Below are positions 28,676 to 40,100 of a stretch of 64,000 bases of DNA, in pieces. A model generated the notes under the pieces. The model was not told where the DNA came from. It was given only the letters and a program-made list of their open reading frames with translations, and searched no databases. This DNA is from Microcoleus sp. (GTDB lineage: Bacteria; Cyanobacteriota; Cyanobacteriia; Cyanobacteriales; Microcoleaceae): the NCBI GenBank assembly GCA_052279835.1, contig CP181291.1:4896001-4960000 (forward strand). The letters run 5' to 3'. A program made the translations under genes and the position numbers. How positions within the stretch are numbered: position 1 is the stretch's first letter; every line of letters starts with the position of its first letter.

Positions 28676-30727
28676 ATGAACCCAAACAATAGTCAGTTGA
28701 GTCGATTTATTCAATCTCTAAATTGGCAATATTTAGGCAAAGTAGCTGCCATTGCCCTCGTTTATATTTTAGGAGCCAAACTGGCAGTTTCCATTCCCGG
28801 AATCAATAAATTAGCTACCTGCGTCTGGCCCCCCGCAGGAATTGCGCAAGCTGCACTGTTATTGTTTGGGTGGCGCTTTTGGCCAGGAGTAGCGTTAGGG
28901 GTTTTCTTTTTTGAAAAAATCGACATGAATGTCTCCTTAATCCTGTCATTAGTCTCTGCTTGTTGTGCTTGTTTGCAAGCTTTGTGCGCCTTTATTTTAC
29001 TAAATAAATTAAAGTTTCGCCAGTCACTGGAGCGGCTGATAGATGTTGTCAATTTAATTTTTTGTGGTGCCGTAGTTGCTACTCAAATCAACTGCACTCT
29101 GGGGACAATACGCTTATGTTTAACTGGTCTAGTTGAGTGGAGAGAATATTGGGAAATTAGGTGGAATTGGTATCTGGGAGATACGTTAGGAGTTTTGATT
29201 TTTGCTCCCATGTTGTTGATTTTATACCAAAAACCAGCAATAGCCGATCGCCAAATTAGCACCATCAATCGCATCTGGGCGGGAATAGGCCTGATGTCAT
29301 TAATCGCAGTCAGTTGGGTAGTATATAGTTCCAAAGCAACGCCTACTTTTTCCGGGTATCCCCTGGAATACTTGCCATTTCCCTTAGTAATTTGGGCGAC
29401 AATTCAATTCGGTCAACGTGGTGCTGTCATATCATCTTTCCTAGTATCCAGCATCGCGATTTGGGGGGGGTCTCAGGGTGCTGGCCCTTTTATTGCTAAA
29501 GCACAAAGTATCAATCAAGCAATCTTATTTTTGCAGGCTTTTATGAGCGTAATTGTGATTACCTCTCTGCTGTTGGCCGCAACTGTAGCGGAACGTGCTT
29601 CAGCGGAAAATGCACTGCGACAAAGCGAAATTAAGTATCGGGAATTAGTGGAAAATGCTAATAGCATTATTTTAAAATTAGACCGGGTAGGAAATATTAC
29701 CTTTTTCAACGAATTTGCCCAGAATTTTTTTGGTTATGAAGAAGAAGAAATACTAGGTAAAAATGCAGTAGGAACAATTATCCCCCCTACAGATACCATA
29801 GGAAACGACTTGACAGTAAAGTTGAGAGATATTTTACAAAATCCCGAAAAGTATACGCGCAATGAAAATGAAAGTATCCGGCGTAGTGGCGATCGCGTTT
29901 GGGTATCCTGGGCAAATAAACCGCTGTTTGACGAGGCAGGAAAGTTCGCAGGAATGCTGGCAATCGGTACGGATATCACAGACCGCAGGCGGGCAGAAAT
30001 GGAGCTTTACAAGCTGAATGAAGAGTTAGAATTTAGAGTGAAAGAACGGACTAATGCTCTGAATGATACTTTAAGTGCACTGCGAGTGCAGCAGGAACAA
30101 TCAGAACGGTTGTTGTTGAATATTTTACCAGAACAAATAGCCGAGCGTTTAAAGCAAGGAGACAGTACCATCGCCGATACTTTTGCTGAGGTTACTGTTT
30201 TATTTGCCGACATCGTAGGTTTTACCCAACTCAGTGCGAGAGTTTCTCCAACGGAATTAGTTTCCTTGTTAAATGAAATTTTTTCCACCTTCGATCACCT
30301 AGCAGAAAGACACGGTTTGGAAAAAATTAAGACAATTGGTGATGCTTACATGGTAGTAGGAGGACTGCCAATTCCTTGCTTAGATCATGCAGAAAAAATC
30401 GCCCAAATGGCCATAGATATGCAACAGGCAATTACCGAATTTAGTAAGCAGCACAATCAACTTTTTAGCATCAGAATCGGCATCAACACAGGTCCGGTGG
30501 TGGCGGGAGTGATTGGGATTAAAAAATTCATCTATGATTTGTGGGGAGACACTGTTAATACCGCTTCCCGCATGGAATCCCACGGCTTGCCAGGGAGCAT
30601 TCAGGTGACATCCACAACCTATCATAAATTGCAGGAAAAGTATATATTTGAAATTCGTCCTGCAATCGAAGTTAAAGGCAAAGGTGTGATGGATACTTAT
30701 TTATTAAAAAGTAGAAATCAGTATTAA
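28676..30727 (+). CDS. MASE1-PAS-class III adenylate/guanylate cyclase
   Basis: MASE1 WPPAG and TM helices, a PAS domain, and cyclase motifs VTVLFADIVGFT, KIKTIGDAYM, YDLWGDTVNTASRMES. Confidence 0.92.
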   Translation: MNPNNSQLSRFIQSLNWQYLGKVAAIALVYILGAKLAVSIPGINKLATCVWPPAGIAQAALLLFGWRFWPGVALGVFFFEKIDMNVSLILSLVSACCACLQALCAFILLNKLKFRQSLERLIDVVNLIFCGAVVATQINCTLGTIRLCLTGLVEWREYWEIRWNWYLGDTLGVLIFAPMLLILYQKPAIADRQISTINRIWAGIGLMSLIAVSWVVYSSKATPTFSGYPLEYLPFPLVIWATIQFGQRGAVISSFLVSSIAIWGGSQGAGPFIAKAQSINQAILFLQAFMSVIVITSLLLAATVAERASAENALRQSEIKYRELVENANSIILKLDRVGNITFFNEFAQNFFGYEEEEILGKNAVGTIIPPTDTIGNDLTVKLRDILQNPEKYTRNENESIRRSGDRVWVSWANKPLFDEAGKFAGMLAIGTDITDRRRAEMELYKLNEELEFRVKERTNALNDTLSALRVQQEQSERLLLNILPEQIAERLKQGDSTIADTFAEVTVLFADIVGFTQLSARVSPTELVSLLNEIFSTFDHLAERHGLEKIKTIGDAYMVVGGLPIPCLDHAEKIAQMAIDMQQAITEFSKQHNQLFSIRIGINTGPVVAGVIGIKKFIYDLWGDTVNTASRMESHGLPGSIQVTSTTYHKLQEKYIFEIRPAIEVKGKGVMDTYLLKSRNQY

Positions 30728-30786
30728 AGACTAAAGTCCTTACTACCAACCTAAACAAGAGGTTTGTAGTAAGGACTTTAGTCCTT
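30727..30786. repeat. Inverted pair of the AGGACTAAAGTCCT repeat family
   Basis: AAAGACTAAAGTCCTTACTAC...GTAGTAAGGACTTTAGTCCTTT, between convergent genes. Confidence 0.8.
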
Positions 30787-30804
30787 TCTTGGTCCTGAAA
30801 TTTC

Positions 30805-31041
30805 TTACATTTTGTAGAGGTTAATTCCAGCTTCCTTCGCCATAATTTCCAAACCCTTGTGTTGCAAGGTTTTAATGGCCTTTGTGGAAAGGTGAAGTTT
30901 CACCCAGCGTTTCTCCTGTGGCCACCAAACCCGCTTCCACTGTAAATTTGCTTCTTGCAACTTGTGAGTGCGGTGGTGTGAGTGAGAAACTGCAAAACCA
31001 TTATTCGCTTTCTTCCCCGTTAGCTGACATTTCCGTGACAT
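30805..31041 (-). CDS. rpmB: 50S ribosomal protein L28
   Basis: [34 protein letters not shown]. Confidence 0.96.
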   Translation of the reverse strand: MSRKCQLTGKKANNGFAVSHSHHRTHKLQEANLQWKRVWWPQEKRWVKLHLSTKAIKTLQHKGLEIMAKEAGINLYKM

Positions 31042-31199
31042 ATTGCCCTCCAGATTAGTGTTTTTTGCGTGCAGCCTTTCATTATAGCCGAAGGAAGAAG
31101 AAAGAAGAAAGAAGCCTTGATTTATCCCTTTATCAGTGGAAATAAACTCTGGCTCCTTCCTCTGGTTCCCCACCTTAGCAAGGGAGGGTTGGGGGTTAA

Positions 31200-33188
31200 T
31201 TACAGTGCACGTTCGGTCAATTTTGTCAATACTTGATTCGATCGCTCCACAAACTCCTTCATCCCCTCAGCATCAAAACCCTTCTGAGCCATCAGGGCCA
31301 AGTCGTAAACGTGGTGACAAATCATGCTCGCCAATTGGGCCGACGGAGACTCGCCACCGCCTTGAATAATCGAACCTTGACTCAAATTAGCCAGATTTTG
31401 AATCAACGGGTGGGCTGTATTCACCAGCAAAACGTGCTCTTCGGGGAATTCGGCCGCTTGCTGCTGTAATAAAGCTGTCATGTCGCGCATCCGGCGCAAA
31501 GCTTCCGGTAACAGGACGATCGCAGGTGGTGTCGCTTCCGCAGCGTCTGACTTTAATGCTTCTGTGCGGATATTCACTTTTGGCTTATTCAGAGCTTTTT
31601 GGAACAATTCTTTAACTTGTTCGCTGCGAGTTTTATTGGTAGTCGGATCGACAATTTCCGCTTCTTTTTCTTTGTCAATGAGGGTATCATCTAAGTCGGA
31701 ATCCACTCGCGAGAATTTGACATCGGAATATTCTCGTTCGAGGAAACTAATGAAGTGCGTGTCAATGAAAGAATCCATGAACAACACTTCTAAACCTTGG
31801 CTTTTGTGCAGTGCGACGTAAGTTGCTTGTGATGCCGGCTCTGTACAGTAAAATACGCGATTTTCGTGACGTTTTTGATTGCGTTCTAAATACTCTTTCA
31901 GGGTGGTGTAAGGCTGGGTTGAACCGGAAGTTTCGGACTTGGGAGTGACATCTTTCCACAAATCTCCTTCCTCAGCTTGCACCTGCACTTCTGGTGTCTC
32001 GGTTTCTGGCTTGACTGCTGTTGGTTCGTAGGTGCTGCGATAGATTAAGATATCTTCAATTTGCTTTTTGAACTTGTCATCGTTGAGTGCTCCGAACTTG
32101 ACAAAAGTGCCGATATCTTGCCAGCAACGGATGTACTCGTTGCGATCGTCCCGGTAAAGTTCCTTTAGGCGATCGCCCACTTTTTTGGCGATATAATCAG
32201 CTATTCTCCGCACCGTGCGATTGCTTTGCAGCGAACTGCGAGACACGTTCAGCGGAATGTCGGTGCTGTCAATGACTCCCCGCAGTGGCATCAAGAATTT
32301 CGGAATAATTTCTTCGCAATGATCGCTGACAAAAACCTGATTGCAGAACAGCTTAATGTTGCCTTGGGTGACATCGACATCTGGGCGCAATTTGGGAAAG
32401 TAAAGAATGCCGTTGACAATAAAAGGATAATCGGTATTCAGGTGTACCCACAGCAGTGGCTCTTCTTGGAACGGATAAAGGTGGCGGTATAGTTCTAAGT
32501 AGTCTTCTTTTTGCAAATTGCTGGCTGATTCCCGCCAAATTGCCTTGTGTTTGTTGAGTTCCTCTCCCTCAAATTTGATGGGAACTGGCATGAAATCGCA
32601 GTAGGTTTTGATTAACTGCTTAATGCGGCTTGGTTCTAAATATTCTTGTTCTTCTTCTTGGAGAGTGAGGGTAATTGTAGTGCCGCGTTGGGTGCGGGTA
32701 GATTCTGATAGTTCAAAAGCGGGTGAACCGTCGCAGGACCAGTGTACGGCTTGCGCGCCTTCTTGATAAGAAAGGGTTTCGATATCTACTTTTTGAGCGA
32801 CCATGAAAGAAGAGTAGAAGCCGAGGCCGAAGTGACCGATAATTGCGTCGTCGCCACTGCCTTGATATTTTTGAATAAATTCTTCAGCGCTGGAAAAAGC
32901 GACTTGGTTAATGTATTTTCTAACTTCATCGGCTGTCATGCCGATGCCGTTGTCGGTGATGGAGAGTGTTTTGTTTTCTTTGTCGATCGCAAGGGTGATT
33001 TCTGGTTCGCCAATGTCGCCGCTGTATTCGCCGGAACGGGAAACCATTTTGAGTTTAGCAATTGCATCTACGCCGTTAGAAATTAGTTCCCGCAAGAAGA
33101 CTTCGTGGTCAGTGTATAGCGACTTCTTGATAATCGGGAAAATATTTTCGGTATGGATTGAGATTGTTCCCTGTTCTAAAACTGTCAT
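31200..33188 (-). CDS. htpG: Chaperone HtpG (Hsp90)
   Basis: Motifs [34 protein letters not shown]. Confidence 0.97.
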   Translation of the reverse strand: MTVLEQGTISIHTENIFPIIKKSLYTDHEVFLRELISNGVDAIAKLKMVSRSGEYSGDIGEPEITLAIDKENKTLSITDNGIGMTADEVRKYINQVAFSSAEEFIQKYQGSGDDAIIGHFGLGFYSSFMVAQKVDIETLSYQEGAQAVHWSCDGSPAFELSESTRTQRGTTITLTLQEEEQEYLEPSRIKQLIKTYCDFMPVPIKFEGEELNKHKAIWRESASNLQKEDYLELYRHLYPFQEEPLLWVHLNTDYPFIVNGILYFPKLRPDVDVTQGNIKLFCNQVFVSDHCEEIIPKFLMPLRGVIDSTDIPLNVSRSSLQSNRTVRRIADYIAKKVGDRLKELYRDDRNEYIRCWQDIGTFVKFGALNDDKFKKQIEDILIYRSTYEPTAVKPETETPEVQVQAEEGDLWKDVTPKSETSGSTQPYTTLKEYLERNQKRHENRVFYCTEPASQATYVALHKSQGLEVLFMDSFIDTHFISFLEREYSDVKFSRVDSDLDDTLIDKEKEAEIVDPTTNKTRSEQVKELFQKALNKPKVNIRTEALKSDAAEATPPAIVLLPEALRRMRDMTALLQQQAAEFPEEHVLLVNTAHPLIQNLANLSQGSIIQGGGESPSAQLASMICHHVYDLALMAQKGFDAEGMKEFVERSNQVLTKLTERAL

Positions 33189-33219
33189 AATTTTACGTTA
33201 GGTAGTTGTAAGGAGTCAG

Positions 33220-33366
33220 TAGTCATTAGTCATTAGTCATTAGTCATTAGTCATTAGTTATTAGTTGCTATGTCCAACAAATAACAAACAACAAGTAACA
33301 AATAACAACTGCTTTCGGAGTCAACTGTCAACTGTCAACTGTCAACTGTCAACTGACTAATGACTA
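33220..33366. repeat. Compound heptamer repeats: (TAGTCAT)5, AACAAAT-like units and (TCAACTG)5
   Basis: Directly visible. The distal TGACTAATGACTA is complementary to the TAGTCAT tract. Confidence 0.9.
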
Positions 33367-33448
33367 TTTATTGATTTTGGGCGATCGCGCTACATTTTGC
33401 CAAAGGGATTACCACAAAAAAATGATTCGGTTTCCCCCACATGATAGC

Positions 33449-34780
33449 TCACAGCGGCAGCCGTAGCAGGAAAGTGGTGCCGCGCCCCAAGTCGCTGCGG
33501 GCGGTGAGGCTACCGCGATGGGCGCGGGCTATGGTTTGGGCGATCGCCAATCCCAATCCCGAACCGCCGGTATGGCGCGATCGATCGCTATTTACTCGGT
33601 AGAAGCGATCGAAAATTCGCCCTTGTTCAGTCGTCCCAATCCCAATCCCGGTATCCTGCACCTGAATTATCGCCTCAGTGTGAGTGCAATCTACAATAAC
33701 TGTTACTTTTCCCCCAGCCGGAGTGTATTGAATCCCATTCACAATTAAATTAGCAACGAGGCGATAAAGTTGGTCGGAATCGCCGAGAACATTTAATTGC
33801 TGCTGTACGCGCAATTCGGATGTTAGGGCTACCCCGCTAGCGATCGCCATGGCGGCTAATTCCTCCACCAAATCGTTCACCAAGTCATTTAAACAACACC
33901 ATTGAGGGCGAGGAGGTATGGGTTGATTATCCATGCGGGCCAGCAACAACAAATCGGCAACTAACTGAGTCAATCGTCGGTTTTGGCGATCGATCGTCCG
34001 CAAAATTTCCCGCGCGTCTTTTTCATCCAATTGAGGCATCAACAGCGCCGATTCAACTGTAGCCTGAGAAGCAGCTAAAGGCGTGCGTAATTCGTGGGCA
34101 GCATCCGCTGTAAACTGTTGAATTTGTCGGTAAGAAGCATAAATCGGTTTCATGGCCAATCCTGCCAACAACCAACTAGAAAAACCCACCAAAATTAATG
34201 CTGTCGGTAATCCTAATTTTAAAACTAATTTCACTGTATTGAGATATTCATTGAAGTCTTGCAGACTGCGACCCAATTGAAAATATCCCCAATCTTCATG
34301 TTGCTTTGTATGTAAAAATATAGAAACTTGGTGATAAATATTCCCTTGCCTATCAGTAATGGTTTGCCAATATTGAGAATTAAATTCTGGGGGTAATTCA
34401 TCAGGAACTGCCCCGGCTGTAGCAATCAATTTCCCGGAAGCATCAAATAAACGAATATAGTAATAGCCTTGGTTGATAGCGCTTAAAATATGGCGAGGGC
34501 GAATTGGTTGTTTAATGCCGTTAATTCCAATTACGCGGAGGTTAGGCAAAAGTTCATTTACGATGGGTTCCAACCGTCCTGGCTGCTGCAATTTGAGTTC
34601 TAGACTGTCGTGCAGCGTCCCGGCTACCGATTCTAATTCGCGATCTATGGCTACCCAATGAGCGTGGGCGATCGCCTTATATACCCCAAATCCCAACAAG
34701 CTTAAAATCAAACCCATGACGGCGGCATAGGAAATGGCTAATTGCGATCGAGTTCGATTAAATAGTTTATTTTGATTCAT
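33449..34780 (-). CDS. rppB: Sensor histidine kinase, RppB/CopS/NrsS-like
   Basis: Two TM segments, H-box FTADAAHELRTPL, and NGIQYT, DTGIGI, FYRV, GSGLGL boxes. Confidence 0.85.
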   Translation of the reverse strand: MNQNKLFNRTRSQLAISYAAVMGLILSLLGFGVYKAIAHAHWVAIDRELESVAGTLHDSLELKLQQPGRLEPIVNELLPNLRVIGINGIKQPIRPRHILSAINQGYYYIRLFDASGKLIATAGAVPDELPPEFNSQYWQTITDRQGNIYHQVSIFLHTKQHEDWGYFQLGRSLQDFNEYLNTVKLVLKLGLPTALILVGFSSWLLAGLAMKPIYASYRQIQQFTADAAHELRTPLAASQATVESALLMPQLDEKDAREILRTIDRQNRRLTQLVADLLLLARMDNQPIPPRPQWCCLNDLVNDLVEELAAMAIASGVALTSELRVQQQLNVLGDSDQLYRLVANLIVNGIQYTPAGGKVTVIVDCTHTEAIIQVQDTGIGIGTTEQGRIFDRFYRVNSDRSRHTGGSGLGLAIAQTIARAHRGSLTARSDLGRGTTFLLRLPL

Positions 34781-34808
34781 TTTTCATAACGACAAGTGAC
34801 CCGGAGAT

Positions 34809-34838
34809 CCCCCCTAACCCCCCTTAACAAGGGGGGGA
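34809..34838. repeat. CCCCCCTAACCCCCCTT-AAC-AAGGGGGG palindromic repeat
   Basis: Same family as the proS and RND in-frame inserts. Confidence 0.8.
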
Positions 34839-34934
34839 CAAGAAGTATTCTTTTCTTAGTCCGCTTGGAGTGGACATTGTTTGTGTAGACGCGGTTTCAA
34901 CCGCCGAGTCTAAAAGGAATTTTAAACGCGGACT

Positions 34935-35624
34935 TTAATTTCTCATCCGGTAGCCAACACCATGTACAGTTTCAATTAAGTTCGCGCAGCCTGCTGATTC
35001 CAGTTTGCGCCGCAGCAAGCGCACTTGAGCCGCTACCACATTGCTAAAAGTATCTGCACTAACTTCCCATAGCTGATTCCGAATTTGTTCTGTGGTGACA
35101 ATTTGGTTGGGATGTTTCATGAAGTATTCTAGTAATTGAAATTCTTTGTTTGTCAAGAAAATGCTCTGATTTTTGCCCCCGCCATCCAGCCGAAAAACTG
35201 TGCGATTTCCGCAGTCTAAAATGAGATTTCTTACTTCTAATTGTTGCGGCTGAATTTGGGGCGATCGCCTTTGCAAAGCCCGCAATCTTGCTAACAGTTC
35301 CGCCATCCCAAAGGGTTTAACTAAATAATCGTCAGCCCCGGCATCTAGTCCCGCTACTTTATCTTCCATCCGGTCTTTTGCTGTGAGCATTAATACTGGC
35401 AGAGCGCTATTTTTCCCACGCAATCTACGCAGCAGTTCTAATCCTGACAATCCTGGGAGCAACCAGTCAAAAATAGCCAGGGTATATTCCATCCACTGAT
35501 TTTCCAGATAACCCCAAGCTTCTTGGCCATCCTGGGCCCAGTCCACTATATATCTTTCCTGCTTCAAAGTGCGATCGATCGCCTTCCCTAAATCTGGCTC
35601 ATCTTCAACTAGCAAAACTCTCAT
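34935..35624 (-). CDS. rppA: OmpR-family response regulator, RppA/CopR/NrsR-like
   Basis: Motifs LLVEDE, FDWLLPG, LTAKD, GADDYLVKPF, and a winged helix IETVHGVGY. Confidence 0.88.
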   Translation of the reverse strand: MRVLLVEDEPDLGKAIDRTLKQERYIVDWAQDGQEAWGYLENQWMEYTLAIFDWLLPGLSGLELLRRLRGKNSALPVLMLTAKDRMEDKVAGLDAGADDYLVKPFGMAELLARLRALQRRSPQIQPQQLEVRNLILDCGNRTVFRLDGGGKNQSIFLTNKEFQLLEYFMKHPNQIVTTEQIRNQLWEVSADTFSNVVAAQVRLLRRKLESAGCANLIETVHGVGYRMRN

Positions 35625-35696
35625 AACTCTAATTTACACAAAAATATGGTAAAAAACAGGCTTGAGAGCCTGTTACACAGTAATTATGGGAGATGT

Positions 35697-36203
35697 TTAT
35701 TGATTAAAAGTAAAACGACCGTCTACTTTTTTTCCGTTAACATCCGCCGTCACCTTGAGTGGATAACTGCCGGGATTTTTGCCTGGAAAAACAACAGCAT
35801 AATGTTTGCCATCAGGATCGTATTTGAGGGTTAGGGTTTGCTGTTTTCCATTTGGTAATTGCACTTGAGCTGACACTTTTGCATTGGGAATTGGTTCGTG
35901 GTTATCACCTTTTTGCAAATAAAGATCTAAGTGAGTTCCGGTAGCTTCTTTTTGAGTTAAAAGTTCTAAGTGGTAAGCTCCAGACTCGACAACTTGACCC
36001 CCTTTAGATGCTTGAGGATGGTTTGTTGTCGCACTACCCGCAGGAGGAGCAGCCTTGGGAGCTGAAGACGCAGGTGCAGAGGCTACAGGAGGGGGTGTTT
36101 GGCTGCTATTGGGAGCGCTGGCTTCGTCGCCTTTACTGCAAGCTCCTACAAACAACAATCCGACACTGCCTAGAATAACTAAGTTTGATTTGAGCGCTTT
36201 CAT
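35697..36203 (-). CDS. Putative periplasmic metal-binding lipoprotein
   Basis: Lipobox VGAC, Pro/Ala linker, GGQVVESGAYHLEL...HLDLYL. Located in the metal efflux cluster. Confidence 0.75.
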   Translation of the reverse strand: MKALKSNLVILGSVGLLFVGACSKGDEASAPNSSQTPPPVASAPASSAPKAAPPAGSATTNHPQASKGGQVVESGAYHLELLTQKEATGTHLDLYLQKGDNHEPIPNAKVSAQVQLPNGKQQTLTLKYDPDGKHYAVVFPGKNPGSYPLKVTADVNGKKVDGRFTFNQ

Positions 36204-36337
36204 TTGATTTAATGTTTGCGTACTATGGTTATAGATTAGCACGCACAACAATGAAATTATCAGGACTTACACTATCGCTCTACCTATAGCGTTACTAGAA
36301 AACAATTTACTGTTCCCTAAATATTAGCCAAGCAATC

Positions 36338-37021
36338 CTAGACTTGTCTGGTTTGCAACTTCAGCATTGTGATGCAGAGCATCAGCCAAATATAGCCAAG
36401 TCCGTAACCAGCAATTATATCTGTAGGCCAGTGTACTCCTATATATACCCGACTCAGGCCAATAATGGCGATCGCCAAAACAGCTAGAGTATAAATCGGT
36501 TTAGAAAACTTGGGAAAGTGACTAGAAAGCAGGTAAGCTAGAAACCCATACATCACAAAACCTCCTAAAGCGTGACCGCTAGGAAAACTAAAAGATGTTT
36601 CAGCAATTAAACTGTGAAAAATATGGGGGCGAGGTTTAGCAAAAAATAACTTCATGCCGCTATTCAGAATCAAGGCTCCCAAACAAGCAATCGCAAAAAT
36701 TTTAGCTTCGGAACGATGATTGTGCCACCACAGAATGCCCAACGTGACCGCCACAATCACTACTACTACACTGGCATCAGCAAGCTGAGTAACTGTCAGC
36801 ATCACAGCATCTAGACTCGGATTGGCATATCTGTGTACCCAGTACAGCCAAGCAGTATCAAAGCCAAAAGCTTCATGTTTTAATACTTCTTCAAACAACC
36901 ACGCTAAAACTAAACTAATCGACAGACAACTGGCAAGTCCAACTACACCAATTGTCACGATTAAAGTGGTGATGTGAGGGTTGATATGCTGCAACCAAAA
37001 GTAATAAGACTTACGTAACAT
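36338..37021 (-). CDS. PAP2 family membrane phosphatase
   Basis: Motifs KxxxxxxRP, SFPSGH, SRVYIGVHWPTD. Confidence 0.9.
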   Translation of the reverse strand: MLRKSYYFWLQHINPHITTLIVTIGVVGLASCLSISLVLAWLFEEVLKHEAFGFDTAWLYWVHRYANPSLDAVMLTVTQLADASVVVVIVAVTLGILWWHNHRSEAKIFAIACLGALILNSGMKLFFAKPRPHIFHSLIAETSFSFPSGHALGGFVMYGFLAYLLSSHFPKFSKPIYTLAVLAIAIIGLSRVYIGVHWPTDIIAGYGLGYIWLMLCITMLKLQTRQV

Positions 37022-37150
37022 AATTGATTTTTATCAAGCAACTTTAAACAATCTATCCTCGCTCAAATACTTTGTCAAGTATTGGCGATTTTCACAACAA
37101 CTACCCAATCTCATTAGGGTAAATTTCTAGCACTTAAACTAGACTGTGTT

Positions 37151-40100
37151 TTAATGATAATTAATCGGTTTTAATAAATGTTCACTGAATTGAACATACA
37201 AAGCTGGTAAAACTAACAGAGTCAGTGCTGTAGAAGTAAACAATCCTCCTAAAACTACTACAGATAGCGGTTGCAGAATTTCCTTGCCCGCCCCACCTTC
37301 TAAAACTAAAGGTGCTAAACCTAAAGCTGAAGTGGCAGCCGTCATCAAAATAGCATTGAGCCGTTCCATCGAGCCTTTAATAATTGCTTCATTAAAAGGC
37401 ATTCCTTCCGCAAATTTAGTATTGTAGTTGTCTACTAATAACAAGCCGTTGCGAGTAGCAACGCCAAATAAAGTGACAAAACCAACTAAAGAAGCTACAG
37501 AGATGATGCCCCCAGTTAAAGCTACCGAAATTACACCTCCCACTAATCCGATCGGCAAATTAATCATAATCATAGCAGTGGAAGGAATCGACTTGACGGA
37601 AAGGTACATTAATACTGTAATGACCACAAAGGCGATCGCACTAAATACCATAATGTTTTGCGAAGCTCTTTGCTCAGCTTCAAATTGACCACCATATTGG
37701 ATAAAATAGCCAAAAGGCAACTGTACTTCTCGTTTAACTTTAGCTTGAATTTCATTCACAACCGATCGCAAATCTCGACCTTTCGCATTTGCCGCCACCA
37801 CAATTAACCGAGAAACATTCTCGCGGTTAATCGTATTTGGGCCCGTACCGTATTTAACAGTCGCAACTTGGGCGAGGGGAATTTTACCACCCCTTTCATC
37901 CCCCCCTTTATAAGGGGAAAGAGGGGTTTCATCCCCCCCTTTATAAGGGGGGGAAAGAGGGGGGGTATCCACCAACAAATTTTCAATAGTTTCTAAGTTA
38001 TTTCTGGATTCTGGCTGCAACCAGACAACTAAATCAAAAGTTTGCTGCAATTCCAACACCTGAGAGACAACTTTGCCATTCAAAGCTGTCTCAATTATTT
38101 CAGAAAGTTCTCCCACTTTCAAACCGTATCTCCCCGCCGCTTGGCGGTTAAACTTAATTTGAATTTGCTGCACCGGCACTTGCGGTTCCAGTTGCAAGTC
38201 TACAATTCCTGCAACAGTTTTCATTTGCTCTTCAACTTCAGCGCCGATGGTGCGAAGCTGATTCAAATCCGGGCCAAAAATTTTCACAGCAATTTGACTC
38301 CTGACACCGGATAAAACCTCATCCATTCTGTGAGAAATAAAACCGCCGATATTTGGTGCAACTCCCGGTAATTTCCCAAATTCCTGCCGCAATGATTCCA
38401 AAGTTTTCGGCCGATTTTTCATTCCTTCTTCGCTCAAACCGATATCAATGTGAGCTAAATTGACACCCGCAGCATCAGCATCACCGGGAGCTCTGCCCGA
38501 TCGCACTTGCACGTAAGCAAACCTGGTATCATCCTTAAGAGCCTCTTCCATCGCAAAAGCCGCACTATTTGTCGCCTCCAAAGACACCCCAGGATACAGT
38601 AGAATCGTATTCACCAAAGTTTGCTCCTGAAACTCCGGCAAAAACACTCGTCCAAAAGAAGGTAAAATAATTAAGGTCGCCACCATGCTCGCAGCAGCTA
38701 GAGTCAAAATAATCGCCGAATAGCGCATTGACAATTTTATAAAAAAATGATATATCTTTTTGCAAAATCTCGGCAACCAAGGTTCCGCAGCACTCATGTT
38801 TTTGTTAGGCAATAAAATAGCGCAAAGTGCCGGAGATATGAACAGCGATTCCAGACTAGAAATCACAACAACTACCAGATAAGTAATCCCCATCGGCGTA
38901 AAAATTCGACCTTCTACACCGGGCAAAGTAAAAATTGGCGAAAACACCACAATGCCAATAACCGTCGCTCCAATTAACGAATCGCGCACCTCCTGAGAGC
39001 CATCAAAAATCACATCCATCACCGGGCGCGGATGATGAGAAGCCGTGTTTTCTCTCAAGTTGCGGTAGGTATTTTCGGCATAGACGATCGCATCATCGAT
39101 CGCAGTGCCGATCGCCACCGACAACCCACCCAAAGTCATCGTATTCAATCCCAGCCCCAGCCAATACATTGCCAGCAGCCCCAAAAGCCAAGTTAGGAAG
39201 AAATCGAGCAAAACCACCGTCAGAGTCCGCCAATTCATCAAAAACGGGATCAGGATGATGGTAACAATGATGCTGCCTTCCACTAAAGCCGATCGCACAT
39301 TTTCCACCGAAGAATTGATATATTCTTCCTGCCGGAAAGTGACAGTAACTTTAATATCTTTGGGCAAAGCTTGCTGCACCTGAGCCATTGCCGCTTCCAC
39401 AGCTTGAGTTACCGTGGGAGTATCAGCGATCGGCTGTCTGTTTACCATCACAATCACAGCTTTTTTGCCGTTAAAACTGCCATCGCCCCGCTTGATAGCA
39501 GCACCAATTTTGACATCAGCGACATCCCCAATTCTGACGACGCTTCCTTGGCGAGAGGCGATCGCAGATTGCTGCAAATCTGCCACCGATTCAATCCGCC
39601 CCACACCCCGAATCAAAGTTTCTTTATCCGGCGTAATCAAATAGCCACCGGGCGCGTTAACATTCGCAGCCGCCACAGCTTCCGATACTTGCTGCAACGA
39701 AACATTAAAAGCTTTCAATTTTGCCGGATTAACTAATACTTGATACTGCCTTTCTTCGCCGCCATAAGCTACCACTTGAGCAACACCAGTCACTGCTAAT
39801 AGGCGATTGGTAACTTGCCAATCAACCAGACGGCGCACTTCCATTAAAGAAGTAGTTTCTGATGTAAAAGCATAGGTAATCACAGTGCCTACCGGAGAAG
39901 TTGTCGGAGAAATTTGTGGCGTTTCTACTCCGGCGGGAAGCTTGCTTTCAGCTTGCTGCAACCTTTCTGTAATCAACTGCCGCGCTTGATAAATTTCGGT
40001 TCCCCAATCAAAGATAACTTTAACCACAGAAACACCTACAGCAGACGAAGATCGCACTGCTGTCACCCCCGGAGTGCCGTTAATCGCACTCTCGATCGGC

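Noticed and set aside
31915..32030. Acidic/Pro-rich segment in HtpG (EPTAVKPE...GDLWKDV) as a repeat insertion
   Set aside because: No DNA palindrome, and I recall a similar segment being common in cyanobacterial HtpG.
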